From Planctomycetota bacterium (lineage in GTDB: Bacteria > Planctomycetota > Planctomycetia > JALXBF01), in NCBI GenBank assembly GCA_026991575.1, contig JALXBF010000065.1, forward strand, positions 62,001 through 126,000: a stretch of DNA of 64,000 nucleotides. The letters are read 5' to 3'. Shown here one piece after another: positions 56,401 through 64,000 of the stretch (its first letter is position 1; each line of letters begins with the position of its first letter). The notes beneath the pieces were generated by a model, which saw only the letters and a list, made by a program, of their open reading frames with translations, did no database searches and was not told the origin of the DNA. The translations under genes and the position numbers were made by a program.

Positions 56401-59400
56401 CGGGTGTTGCCGGATCGAATTCTCCGACGAGCGGCGTGCCGCCGGCCGGGCCGAAGGAGAACGGCAGTTCGTTCGGTGAATCATCCGCATCCAGATCCAG
56501 CAACCATTCGCCGGTCTCGACGTTGTAGACACCCAGGTCGTCCGCTCCGTCGCCGTTCCAATCGCCGATGACCGGCAGCAGGCGGCCGCCCGTGCCGAAG
56601 ACGATCATCGCATCGTTCCGCAGGCGGTCGCCGTCCATGTCAAGCTGGAAGGTCGCCGTTTCCGGGTTGAAGATGCCGATCTCATCGACCCCGTCACCGT
56701 TCCAATCGCCGACGATGCCCATCCAGCCGGCCTCGCCGTAGTAGAACCGCGCATCACCGGGACGGTCATCGACGAAGTTGCCGTTGGTATCCAGTGCCCA
56801 GCTGCCGGCGCGGCGGGTACCGACCGGGGTCACACCGGTCAGCCGCGGCGGAGTGCGGTCGATGATCAGCGTCAGCACCTCTTCGGAGACGTTGCCTGCC
56901 AGGTCGGTGATCCGCAGCGTGACATCAACCTGGTAGGTGCTGTTCTCCGGCGCAAGGTCCAGGATTGGCTGGATGAAGAACGTGCCGTCGGGGCCGGTGA
57001 CGACATCGGCCGTGCCATCGTCGAAGTCGCCGGCGGGGTCGGGCAGCCCGTCCTCATCCAGGATCGGCACCACTTCACCGGTCCGTAGGTCGATGGCCGT
57101 CGAGACATCGATCTCGACCTTCATGTTCTCAGTGGTGCCCGGGAAGACGTCCGTGGCCTGACCGCGCAGCAGCGGCCTCGGCTGATTGGTCTTGTTATCG
57201 AGTTTGACACCCGTATCGCTCGACTCATCCAGCTCGAAGAACCGGATCACGGGGGCATCCAGGTCGACCGCGAAGATGATCTCCTGCGTCTCGGCAACCG
57301 GGTTGCCGGCCAGATCGGTCAGGCCCTGGTTGCTGTAGACGATCAGCTTGTAGCGGTCCACACGCAGCTCACCGCCGCTGAACTCGCCCTGGTCCGGGCT
57401 GCCCGTGCGTGGATCGATGACGTTCAGCGTGATGTAGCCGTCCTCGATCGACGCGACGGAGACAATCTGGATCGGCACTTCATTGCCGTCGTTGAAGATG
57501 TCGCCGTCCTGATTCAGGTCTTCCTTGCCTCCAGCGGCGATGATCTCGATCGTCTTCGGCAGCTCCGCGTTCATCAGCGACCGGATCGCTTCCTGGCTGA
57601 GGTCGCGTCCAAAGATGCGCAGCTCATCGATGAAGCCGTCAAAGGTCGGGTACACGCCGTCGCGACTGCCGACCAGCATCGGTACGTCCGTGTCACTGAT
57701 GCGCAGAGACAGCTGGCCTTCGTTGTCCAGGTCGCCGTCGATGTACATCCGCCACGTGCCCGGTTCATCGCCGGGTAGCGGCTGTCGATCGGGATTGTAG
57801 GTAAGGACGACCTGGTACCAGCGGTTCTGCTCAAGAGGCGTGGCGGAGACGATCTTTTGAGTGTCCTCACCGCCGGCAAGTGGCGTCGGTCTCATCTCGC
57901 CAACCGCGCCGGAGCCGTTCTGATCGGGCGGCAGTTCGGCGCGGACGAGCGCCGAGGCTTCCGGATGAGCGTTGATCAGGTCGCGAACCTCAAGCGCAGT
58001 CGTCGGCGCCGGGTTGCGCAATGTCACGCTGATCAGTGCCTCGCCCCCGGTTAGTGGCGTCAGCGGCATGACCCGCACGCGGCCCTGACCGGTCGGATTG
58101 TCGGGGGCCAATTCGGCGGTGATCAAGCCGGCGGCCGGGCTGGAGGCATCGTTCCAGGCCGCGATCACGTCCGCAGCCGTGCTCACCGGACGACCGGTCT
58201 CGTCCGTGGCAAGGTACACGGTGAAGTGATCGCCGCTACGGGTGATGCGGAGCGGCGAATTGGTGCCTTCGGCGACGAACTGGATGCGATAGTTGTTGCC
58301 TTCGATCCCTGGTGTCACGGCGCGGAAGCGGATGTCGTTGTCCTCGCCAGGCAGGTCCGTGGTTAACTGAGCCGCTTCCTTGGTCACCGTCACGAAAGGC
58401 GTCGCGTTCGGCGTCGTTGGCACCACATACTGGATGCGGATCGAGTTGCCGGCTGCACCACGATTGACAGCAGTGTAGATCAGGTCGTTTTCCTGGCCCT
58501 CTAGGTTGGTCTGCAGGGTTGCCGCGCGGTGGCGGCCGACGGGGAACACCTCGAACACCACGAAGTCGCGGTAGCCCCCGGCGTCGTCCGGGTGCCGCGG
58601 GTCGTTCTGCAGGTACATCACCCAGCCGCCGTCGAAGACACCGTCCGTGTGCTTGGCCAGGATCGGCCGGATGCTCGGGTCACCAAACTGAGGCTCGGTG
58701 CCGAAGTCTCGGTTGAAGAAGGTAACCGCCAGCGTGAACGAGCCGTCAAGCCGCTGCAGCTTGGTGGTGCCAAGCGGAACAACCGCACCGGAGCCGTCGT
58801 TGCCCGGGGCCAACTCGGCAGTCAGCAGCGCCGAGGCCGCGGGATCGCCGTTGATCAGGTCGCGCACGGCCAGCGCGGTGTTCTGTGCCGGATCCAGGTT
58901 GCCGTCGGCATCGGTCGCCAGGTGGACTTCCACGGCCGACCCGTTGACGACCACCGATAGCGGGCTGTTGGGCACACCGGGGTTGACGTAAGCGATCGAG
59001 ACGTTCGCTCCGTCCGGGCCCGGGTCGACGGCGGTGAAGACAAGGTCGTTGTTCTCGCCCGGGATGCGAGCCCAGAACCGGGCCGGACCTTCGGCCAGGT
59101 CCAGACTGCCCGTCGGATCGTCGTCGATCTGAACGTAGGCCTTCCCGCCTTCCAGATACACCGGCCCAAACGGAATGACCACGTCCGAGCCGTCCTGTCC
59201 GGGCGCCAGCTCAACCTCGACCAGGGCCGAAGCTGCCGCACTCGCCTCAATGGCTGCCTTCACGTCTGCAGCTGTGCTGAGGACCTTGCCGTTCGCGTCG
59301 GTCGCCAGGCTGACGATAATCGCACTCCCGTCGACCGCAACGCTCAGCGGGCTCGGGTGCGCGTCGGGCAGCCGGTATTCGATCGAGATCAGGTTGCCTG

Positions 59401-62400
59401 CCGGCCCGGGTTCAACTGCTCGGAAGACCAGGTCATCGTCGGCCAGCGGCAAGTCGGTGACCAGCGTGGCCTCTTTCTCGAAGCGGTTGTCATATGGACC
59501 ACGGAAGAACGCACTCTCCAGCGAACCGGCGTTCGGATTGCCCTGCAGCCGGACGTTGCTGTTCAGCGTGCGGAAGACGTCGCCCAGAGCGATGCCGTCG
59601 TTGCCGTACAGCGACAGGTCAGGGAGCGGAACCGGCGGGAACTCACCGGGCTGGAAGGCCAGCTGGAAGTTGCCCGGCTCGAAGTCGAACTGGTAGTACG
59701 CCCGCAGATCCTGCTCCAACAGCAGCATTCGCTCGGGCCGCCCCGCCGTGTCGACGTTCGACTGCGGGATGAGGAACAGAGTCGAGTCGAAGAAGGTTTC
59801 CAGGTCGTCGCTCTCGCCGTCGTTGTCCGTGTCGATCGCCTGAGTCCACGCCACGTAGGCGCGGCCATTGAGTGCGGCAACGCCGATGTATTCGAGGTAC
59901 TGGTTCAGCCCGTTAACACCTTGCTGAGGCGCGAACGATAGCTGGTCGGACAGTTGCACTTCAGGTTCCCAAGTCGTGCCACCGTCGACGCTGAAGGTGA
60001 AGAACACGTTCACGCCCTGGTTGCTGGTGTCGTTGCGGGTATCGTACCAGACGGCCGTGACGGCACCGGTGCGCTGGTCGACATCCAGTGTGCCGTTGAA
60101 CTGGCTGGCGTCGTTCGGATCCTGGCTGTGGATCTGAACCGGAGCCGACCAGCTCTGGCCGCCGTCGTCGGAGTACTGCACGAAGACGTCGACGTCCGTG
60201 TTCCGGTTCGCACCGACGTTGTGCCACAGCATGTACAGCCGACCCGTGTTCGGACCGCCGCTGCGGTCGACATCGATGACGACCATCGGGCTGGCCGTCC
60301 GGTTGTTCTGGGCCGGGATCCTGTGGTTGAACGGCATCTGCGTTTCGGCTGCCTTGCGGTCGATGCCGAAGTTCAAGCCACCGGCGAGGCCGTTCGGATC
60401 GACGTCGATGTAGATGGGCTTATTGCGGAAGTCGTCCTCGAAACCGGACGTCGCATGGATCCAGGTTACATAGAGCTCGCCGTTCGGCCCCACGGCCACG
60501 TCTGACAGTTGAACGAAGCCCTGCGTGATCGGCAACGGGGCGACGTCCTGAACGGGGACTGGTGTCACAAAGTTCATCGGCAGCGGTCCGTTGGCGTCGG
60601 CTACCGGCGAACCCGTGACGACGATGTCCGTGTGATCATCGATGCCGTCGTCGTCCAGGTCCTGGAACCTGGTCCACGAGATGTACAGGTTGTCCTGGTC
60701 CGGGTTCTCCGCATCCGGCCCGATGTCGATGAACCACTTGTCGTGGAAGACACCGTCCGTCGGCGCGGCGAAGGCAACAGTGGTAACCTCGAACGATTGG
60801 CCGCCATCGGTGCTGCGGGCCGCCACCACGGCGCTGCCACCCAACGACGTGCTCACACCGTAGACGATGTACAGGTTGCCGTAGCGGTCGAATTCGACGG
60901 CCGGGTCGAACCGCGTGCCGGTGAAACCATCGAGTGACGAGTCGATCGAGACGCGGCCCCAGTTCACACCGCCATCAAAGCTGACGAACAGATCCATGTC
61001 GCCGCTGCCCAGACGGTGCGTGAAGGCCACGAGGTGTTGCGGGTTGGTCGGATTGACCGCGATCTGGACCTCGCTCTGGCCGAACACCGGGTCATTGCTG
61101 ACGTTCACGTCAGGGCCACCCGACGGCGTCACGATCTGGGTTAGATCGGCTGCCTGGCCGGAGATGAACGGGATCTTGATCTGACGCAGATTATCGGGTA
61201 GCTCGACACGGCCTGCCTCCGGAGGAGCACTGTCGATGCCGATGGTCGTTAGAGCCGGCAGCGAGATGTTACCGCTGCGGTCAATGGCACGAACGCGGAT
61301 CTGACGGGCATCCACATCGGTCAGCGGGAAGCGTGCCTGCACGAGCGCCTCGGCCAGGACCAGGTTCGTGCCTGGCAGCGTTACCGGGTTGCCGTCGACG
61401 TCCAGCAGGATGCGGGTAAAGCCGACCCCGTCGTTGAAGATGCCATCGCCGTCCGTATCAAGCTCGACCCGGAGACCCTCGACGTCGTTGGAATCGTCAG
61501 TGATGACGATCCGGAACAACGGGGCACTGTGGTGAGTGATGAACGGTGCGTCGCTTTCCTGATAGCCGGTGTCGCTGGGGGCTGCCACTTCGAACCGGAG
61601 GATTTCCGGCGGCAGGATGTCCTGCAGGTCATAAGCACCGATGTCGATGAACGGGTCAGTACCCACACCCAGGTTCGGCGTGAACGGATCATCCACGCGA
61701 TCCAGACCGTCGTGATCCAGCGTGGAGTAGTCACCTGGCCGAGGATCGTGCGTGACCACACGCTCGGCCGCGAACGTGAACTCCGGCACCAAGCGCTCGG
61801 CATTCCGGATCGGAGTGACCACAACCGTGGCGTCAAAGCCACCTCGGCCAACCTGCTGACGCTCGGTCTCGAGACGATCGGCGAAATTCGACAGGGCCCG
61901 GTCCACGGCAGCCGAACCACGCATTATCCGCAGATCGCTGGTCGGATCCACAAACCGCGGGTCACCGTAGATCGGGTTGTTGTTCTGCCCTGGCGGCAGA
62001 TTCGTGTCGATCGTGTTACTCCAGAACAGATTGAAGCCGGCCACGGTGACGCTTGCCGAGCTGCTGTCGGCACGTAGGCCCATGACGGCCGAGTTGGCCA
62101 GCACGTTGTTCATGAGCACCGGTGCTGAGCCGTTCCGCAGATCGACCGCAATGTCATTCACCGAGAAGCTGTTGTTGACGATGCGGTGATAGGGCAGACC
62201 GCGCAACTGACCGGGCAGACCAAGATTACCGACGGATACGATTCCGAAGTCGTTGCCGATGAAGACGTTGTTCAGAATGTCCGTGCCCGGGATCAGCCGC
62301 TGGTCGGGCGGGAAGTCGTAACGATACGGATCGGGGATCGTTACCGTTGCAGCATTGCCACCGGCGTTGCGCACGCCGACCGGCTGAGTCTGGATGCCGA

Positions 62401-64000
62401 CGACGTTATCCAGGAACTTCGTGTTCTTGATCTCCAACTGCCCCTGCACGCGAGTCTGGTCGGGCAGCATGAGATCGTCTTCGGAGTTGACGGTGACCAC
62501 GTCAAGGATGTCGTTACCCATGTACTGGCCGTCCGGGCCGAAGATGGGACCGATGATGCCGTCGTTGTTGTCGTCGTTGAGGTGCCCGGCTGCGATAGCC
62601 CGCGGTCCGGCCGTTTCACGCCGACGGCCGACGGGGAAGGGGCCGAACGGTTGCTTCACGAACTGGGAGCTGGTGACCACGATGTCGTCGACGTACCAAC
62701 CTTCCGCTTCGATGAAGTCGTTCGAGCGGAAGCGGAACCGGATCCGCACGTCCTGGCCGGCCCAGGGCGAGAGGTCAAAGGCCTCAGCCACGAACTGCGG
62801 GTTGGCCTGTGACGGGAAGTTGCCCGTGAGCGTTCCGCCGGGCGTGTTCGGATCGGTGTCGGCAACAATGCCCAGGAGCGTGCCGTCAGGGGTTACGACG
62901 GCCACTTCAGCCAGGTCCCGCACCAGACCGCCGGCCGGCTCCTCGTAGGAAAGCAAGCTGTTGAAACGGATTTCCAGGTTGTCATCGTTTGGCAGTGAGA
63001 TGACCGGCGTGTAGAAGACGCCCTCGGTGTTGGCCGTGTAGTTGCCGCCGGCGGGCGGGTTCTCACCGCTTCCGTAGTAGATCGAAATCGTGCGCGAGTG
63101 GCCCAGATCCTCAGCCCGTGCCGTCGTCAGATGCCACTCGCCGTTGCCCTTGCCAAAGGTGTTGTCGATGACCCACCGGTCATCGGGCGCCGTTGCCACG
63201 TCGCCGAAGACGAACATCTCACGCTGCACGTCTTCGGGCAACTGATCGGGCCGGCCGAACTCTTCTCGACCAAGCAGGAAGGAGGGGTTCTGGTTCAACA
63301 GCACCGTGACGTCGCCGCTGTAGCGGCTCACCACGGCAATGTCGGGCAACGGCAATTGAGCTTCGCCCGGCACGCCGGGGTCGTACTGCCCATTGCCGTT
63401 GACGTCGTTCAGCAGGAGGGTGGCGCCGCCGAAATCGCCCAGGACCACGCCGTGTGGATCCACACCGCCGACCGGCTCGCCCGTGATCGGATCGACCGTT
63501 GTCACGGAGTACATCTGAGCGGCCAGGAACGTGGCGCCCTTATCCGGGTCGGGCAGGATGTTGGGGTTGGGAGCGAGTGTCTGGGCGCCGGCAATCTGCG
63601 TGCTGTTCAACAGTACCGCAATCGAGTCTGGCCCAGCCATCTGCTCGCCGACCGTCGCGATGACCAGGTCTGGACGGGCATCGCCGTCGATGTCCAGTTC
63701 ACGCGGCCGGCCGAAAACCAGCGCGTCATAGGACCACGGGTTGGTGTCTTCGTTGATGAACGTGGCGAAGGATGCTGTCTTGAAGTTCCCAATGAACGTC
63801 GCCTGCACGGAGTCGGGGACAGCGGGCGGGAACGGAGGATCCTGATCAGGCGTCTGCACTTCGATGCGCAGCAGCCCCTGAGCCTGATCATTGACACCGT
63901 CGCCGCCGGTGACCGTCCCGTAGAGCATGCCGCTACCGGGAGTCCACCGCGGGCCGAACTCGGCAACATCAAGCGCTGTGACGGAACGGAAACCAAGGTT
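50420..64000 (-). CDS. Giant (>4500 aa, 5' end outside window) Ca-binding surface/adhesin protein: FG-GAP propellers, beta-helix, Ig-like repeats, BNR propeller, LamG, PPC domains, RTX tail
   Basis: The frame stays open to base 64000. Repeated GDW(N/D)GDG, D.AGN Ig ends, S.DGG..W Asp-boxes, LamG motifs WYQVVLTY and GFIDELRIF, and GGxGxD nonapeptides. Confidence 0.92.
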   Translation of the reverse strand, partial: NLGFRSVTALDVAEFGPRWTPGSGMLYGTVTGGDGVNDQAQGLLRIEVQTPDQDPPFPPAVPDSVQATFIGNFKTASFATFINEDTNPWSYDALVFGRPRELDIDGDARPDLVIATVGEQMAGPDSIAVLLNSTQIAGAQTLAPNPNILPDPDKGATFLAAQMYSVTTVDPITGEPVGGVDPHGVVLGDFGGATLLLNDVNGNGQYDPGVPGEAQLPLPDIAVVSRYSGDVTVLLNQNPSFLLGREEFGRPDQLPEDVQREMFVFGDVATAPDDRWVIDNTFGKGNGEWHLTTARAEDLGHSRTISIYYGSGENPPAGGNYTANTEGVFYTPVISLPNDDNLEIRFNSLLSYEEPAGGLVRDLAEVAVVTPDGTLLGIVADTDPNTPGGTLTGNFPSQANPQFVAEAFDLSPWAGQDVRIRFRFRSNDFIEAEGWYVDDIVVTSSQFVKQPFGPFPVGRRRETAGPRAIAAGHLNDDNNDGIIGPIFGPDGQYMGNDILDVVTVNSEDDLMLPDQTRVQGQLEIKNTKFLDNVVGIQTQPVGVRNAGGNAATVTIPDPYRYDFPPDQRLIPGTDILNNVFIGNDFGIVSVGNLGLPGQLRGLPYHRIVNNSFSVNDIAVDLRNGSAPVLMNNVLANSAVMGLRADSSSASVTVAGFNLFWSNTIDTNLPPGQNNNPIYGDPRFVDPTSDLRIMRGSAAVDRALSNFADRLETERQQVGRGGFDATVVVTPIRNAERLVPEFTFAAERVVTHDPRPGDYSTLDHDGLDRVDDPFTPNLGVGTDPFIDIGAYDLQDILPPEILRFEVAAPSDTGYQESDAPFITHHSAPLFRIVITDDSNDVEGLRVELDTDGDGIFNDGVGFTRILLDVDGNPVTLPGTNLVLAEALVQARFPLTDVDARQIRVRAIDRSGNISLPALTTIGIDSAPPEAGRVELPDNLRQIKIPFISGQAADLTQIVTPSGGPDVNVSNDPVFGQSEVQIAVNPTNPQHLVAFTHRLGSGDMDLFVSFDGGVNWGRVSIDSSLDGFTGTRFDPAVEFDRYGNLYIVYGVSTSLGGSAVVAARSTDGGQSFEVTTVAFAAPTDGVFHDKWFIDIGPDAENPDQDNLYISWTRFQDLDDDGIDDHTDIVVTGSPVADANGPLPMNFVTPVPVQDVAPLPITQGFVQLSDVAVGPNGELYVTWIHATSGFEDDFRNKPIYIDVDPNGLAGGLNFGIDRKAAETQMPFNHRIPAQNNRTASPMVVIDVDRSGGPNTGRLYMLWHNVGANRNTDVDVFVQYSDDGGQSWSAPVQIHSQDPNDASQFNGTLDVDQRTGAVTAVWYDTRNDTSNQGVNVFFTFSVDGGTTWEPEVQLSDQLSFAPQQGVNGLNQYLEYIGVAALNGRAYVAWTQAIDTDNDGESDDLETFFDSTLFLIPQSNVDTAGRPERMLLLEQDLRAYYQFDFEPGNFQLAFQPGEFPPVPLPDLSLYGNDGIALGDVFRTLNSNVRLQGNPNAGSLESAFFRGPYDNRFEKEATLVTDLPLADDDLVFRAVEPGPAGNLISIEYRLPDAHPSPLSVAVDGSAIIVSLATDANGKVLSTAADVKAAIEASAAASALVEVELAPGQDGSDVVIPFGPVYLEGGKAYVQIDDDPTGSLDLAEGPARFWARIPGENNDLVFTAVDPGPDGANVSIAYVNPGVPNSPLSVVVNGSAVEVHLATDADGNLDPAQNTALAVRDLINGDPAASALLTAELAPGNDGSGAVVPLGTTKLQRLDGSFTLAVTFFNRDFGTEPQFGDPSIRPILAKHTDGVFDGGWVMYLQNDPRHPDDAGGYRDFVVFEVFPVGRHRAATLQTNLEGQENDLIYTAVNRGAAGNSIRIQYVVPTTPNATPFVTVTKEAAQLTTDLPGEDNDIRFRAVTPGIEGNNYRIQFVAEGTNSPLRITRSGDHFTVYLATDETGRPVSTAADVIAAWNDASSPAAGLITAELAPDNPTGQGRVRVMPLTPLTGGEALISVTLRNPAPTTALEVRDLINAHPEASALVRAELPPDQNGSGAVGEMRPTPLAGGEDTQKIVSATPLEQNRWYQVVLTYNPDRQPLPGDEPGTWRMYIDGDLDNEGQLSLRISDTDVPMLVGSRDGVYPTFDGFIDELRIFGRDLSQEAIRSLMNAELPKTIEIIAAGGKEDLNQDGDIFNDGNEVPIQIVSVASIEDGYITLNVIDPRTGSPDQGEFSGGELRVDRYKLIVYSNQGLTDLAGNPVAETQEIIFAVDLDAPVIRFFELDESSDTGVKLDNKTNQPRPLLRGQATDVFPGTTENMKVEIDVSTAIDLRTGEVVPILDEDGLPDPAGDFDDGTADVVTGPDGTFFIQPILDLAPENSTYQVDVTLRITDLAGNVSEEVLTLIIDRTPPRLTGVTPVGTRRAGSWALDTNGNFVDDRPGDARFYYGEAGWMGIVGDWNGDGVDEIGIFNPETATFQLDMDGDRLRNDAMIVFGTGGRLLPVIGDWNGDGADDLGVYNVETGEWLLDLDADDSPNELPFSFGPAGGTPLVGEFDPATPGEEIALAYPDPTTGQLLWIVDSNGNRVADDGTVPFGVPGDTPIVGDWDGDGITQIGIFGSEDRDGDGLLDPGEDINGNGLIDGIFGLDLNGNQVLEPSELFYYGEQGRQPVVGDWNGDGADEVGIFNPFLSVWVLDRNGNRAFDDTAFVFGAEGDPPVVGDWDGDGTDNVGTFDEMREIEIGVSEPMLVSRGKNWTIDLDGNFAVDPAETDIFLGAPGAYPRPDSDGDRAPDYLGRYLSSLLSGDFDGDGIDSTVSFDPARSLWVVDLNNNLSREIGETFAFGFFTDTNGNLQVDPGETLDPNAGDLPIVADWNGDGLAELGVIRFDVANNNILWLVDLDGDRDLTPTEDTNGNGELDFGEDLDLDDRLDVSPAIRVFGRADEIPIIGDWDGDGALNIGTYNPVTSTFRLDIDGDGDETPNEDLDGDGVLDPVEDIDGDGRLDYAPAVFTFGLGDPKNMPVVGDWNNDGVDEIGVVTPDFGANELRWLLDSNGDRDTTGEVEFPFGPAAALPLTGSFNAAPGDDVGVYVVTSSEFILDENNNQQDDDPVRPFGTFGDTPVLGDWNGDAIDEVATVNEFYVGSIFNRDLYTLTGNVRGDVTGLMLGELVYDNLPRPNHPGGRILIDLNTDQIRPEVYTFSIDATTDPTPGAMQDEAGNLLDGDFPGPGPYPSQFGFPTGDGEVDDEDFIFDNPVIAGGPGSFTVPLNVRVSLDPADDTGIDEPSALVGGVERTKNNMPRFVGQLFDPLPDSLDGIQVLLDVDGDGDFIDGEPGVFVQPDGSFAISAIVPIDDGKVIPITVRLQDPTGNRTDKTLWIDVDTEPARVTSFVLDNDTGVPGDNRTSETILQFSGTVIDPFPGFPSVQEDVNALPTDQPEPLPKIMLDVDGDGEYDDGEAVVVDPDGDGIGEWSITATVALPDGEHVIHGQLIDRAGNVTDSRLDPVRFPPLTVYVDTTPPTIIEMQPDSGTNVSPPSIVLTFSEVMRTDDPGHSVTNLNNYELRGAGPDRTFDTADDIIIPFTGVDHRILPASGGLEERSQVELFLDPLPAFDQYRLTVYAGASPTGGAGLQDTVFLALDGEFPGPGGPANPLPSGDGVPGGNFVRLFVYEAEPPTILSVVLDPNDDTGIPGDNRTNLNQPHILVTMTDNYPGQLEGNRVYLELDGDGLFDDGFGVTDATGLASVTVDPAVADGTYDVQVKVVDLAGNEAFAPPPSLTIEVDTQAPTVTLQLAEDDGTPRPVRRTNDTTPTFVGLVRDIAPFDTLADVTGLTVELDIEGVGGDFTEGTVLTDSNGAYIVTVTTPLAEGSYVARVRVTDKAGNVAISDPLDFVIDLTGPRVAGLDPYPEVNIHPTQIVVTFDADDIDPATIVPSNFSLVGALNGDLSGLMIIDPSNLVGNTLVIPLTSPLPNDSYTFSIEGDTSVMDLAGNRLDGEFTGVFPSGDGVPGGDFVAVFDVVVPDSYEPNDTLAQAADLGRVVDIIIPDLTIPTQPQVDVDVFRVTAAAPGTFEFTITVANPGRSDLLLEVLNSSGVVLGSASGGGAVRSVTVPVNAAGEEFFARITTLTGPGIYQLRITNHDIYDSTPSRNDTVATAAVPTLPVYVVNNRTSVRGAISQMTRTFGDQDWYRFVAPTDGIVTVQLTTDPTISGDLDVHVFPEGSIGTPITCPLAACPPDRVDFYANEGDVFYLHVVAAPGTDDIGLYDLAITQMVNRVGMRLEIVGTDLDDLIRSGVDTGDPKDILIRGGGLTLDTPYSAALVDALLGMGPLARVMIFGGDGDDELTVGEAVPMRAVVRGGAGDDEITGGAGNDVLRGDAGNDRVVGRDGNDVLVGAAGADYLVGGEGDDLINAGSGDDTLIGNNGDDRLRGQGGNDTIYGDHELLPTGFGHDRILGGPGNDRIFGGRGNDIIAGQGGDDEIYGEGGRDELSGGAGNDLISGGVAADIITSGAGRDVVMDGRGRDTLYVDTAIDNLILDDTLNRILPDSRAVERDIVRRAR
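50522..51091 (-). repeat. RTX (GGxGxDxLx) calcium-binding nonapeptide array, about 19 copies
   Basis: GGAGDDEIT GGAGNDVLR GDAGNDRVV ... DGRGRDTLY. Confidence 0.9.
54670..56820 (-). repeat. Two blocks of FG-GAP-like FG...P(V/I)(V/I)GDW(N/D)GDG blade repeats
   Basis: About a dozen copies in the protein translation, separated at 55841-55882 by one Ig strand (EIEIGVSEPM). Confidence 0.85.
57869..59470 (-). repeat. Four copies of a roughly 110-aa module (NDL.F.AV.PG..GN.I.I.Y...LATD..G...TA..V...L.GG)
   Basis: Copies at about 59144-59470, 58751-59083, 57869-58525, and 58043-58375 (nested inside the third copy). Confidence 0.85.

Noticed and set aside
54670..56820. Recurring GTCGCCGTCCCAGTC-like DNA repeats as a CRISPR or other non-coding array
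   Set aside because: They are degenerate, in-frame codons for GDWDGDG protein repeats, without identical repeats or regular spacers.
1..64000. Numerous long overlapping ORFs in the six-frame track; tRNA, rRNA and IS elements
   Set aside because: The overlapping ORFs are high-GC shadow frames of the called genes. No tRNA/rRNA signature, transposase or integrase was recognised by eye, though a covariance-model scan was not possible.

Overview
GC-rich bacterial chromosomal window; gene content (Tat-exported Gfo/Idh/MocA enzymes, many TIM-barrel sugar isomerases, HzsA-like protein, giant Ig/FG-GAP surface protein) suggests Planctomycetota (inference). From left to right: apbE plus a Tat oxidoreductase; an imuA-imuB-dnaE2 mutagenesis cassette with a palindromic operator filling its promoter spacer; six secreted carbohydrate-active proteins (GH51, GH43, four unassigned); a frameshifted isomerase remnant; a gene pair with hydrazine-synthase-like architecture (HzsA-like, then a beta-propeller/di-haem fusion); housekeeping genes (mfd, rpmA, aat); a very acidic small protein; a LeuT-like transporter with a small overlapping partner; an RND pump with an altered proton relay; and the C-terminal >4500 aa of a giant RTX-tailed protein whose domains are nested inside each other's loops. 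I saw no rRNA, tRNA, CRISPR array or transposase. All calls come from reading motifs by eye, with no database search.
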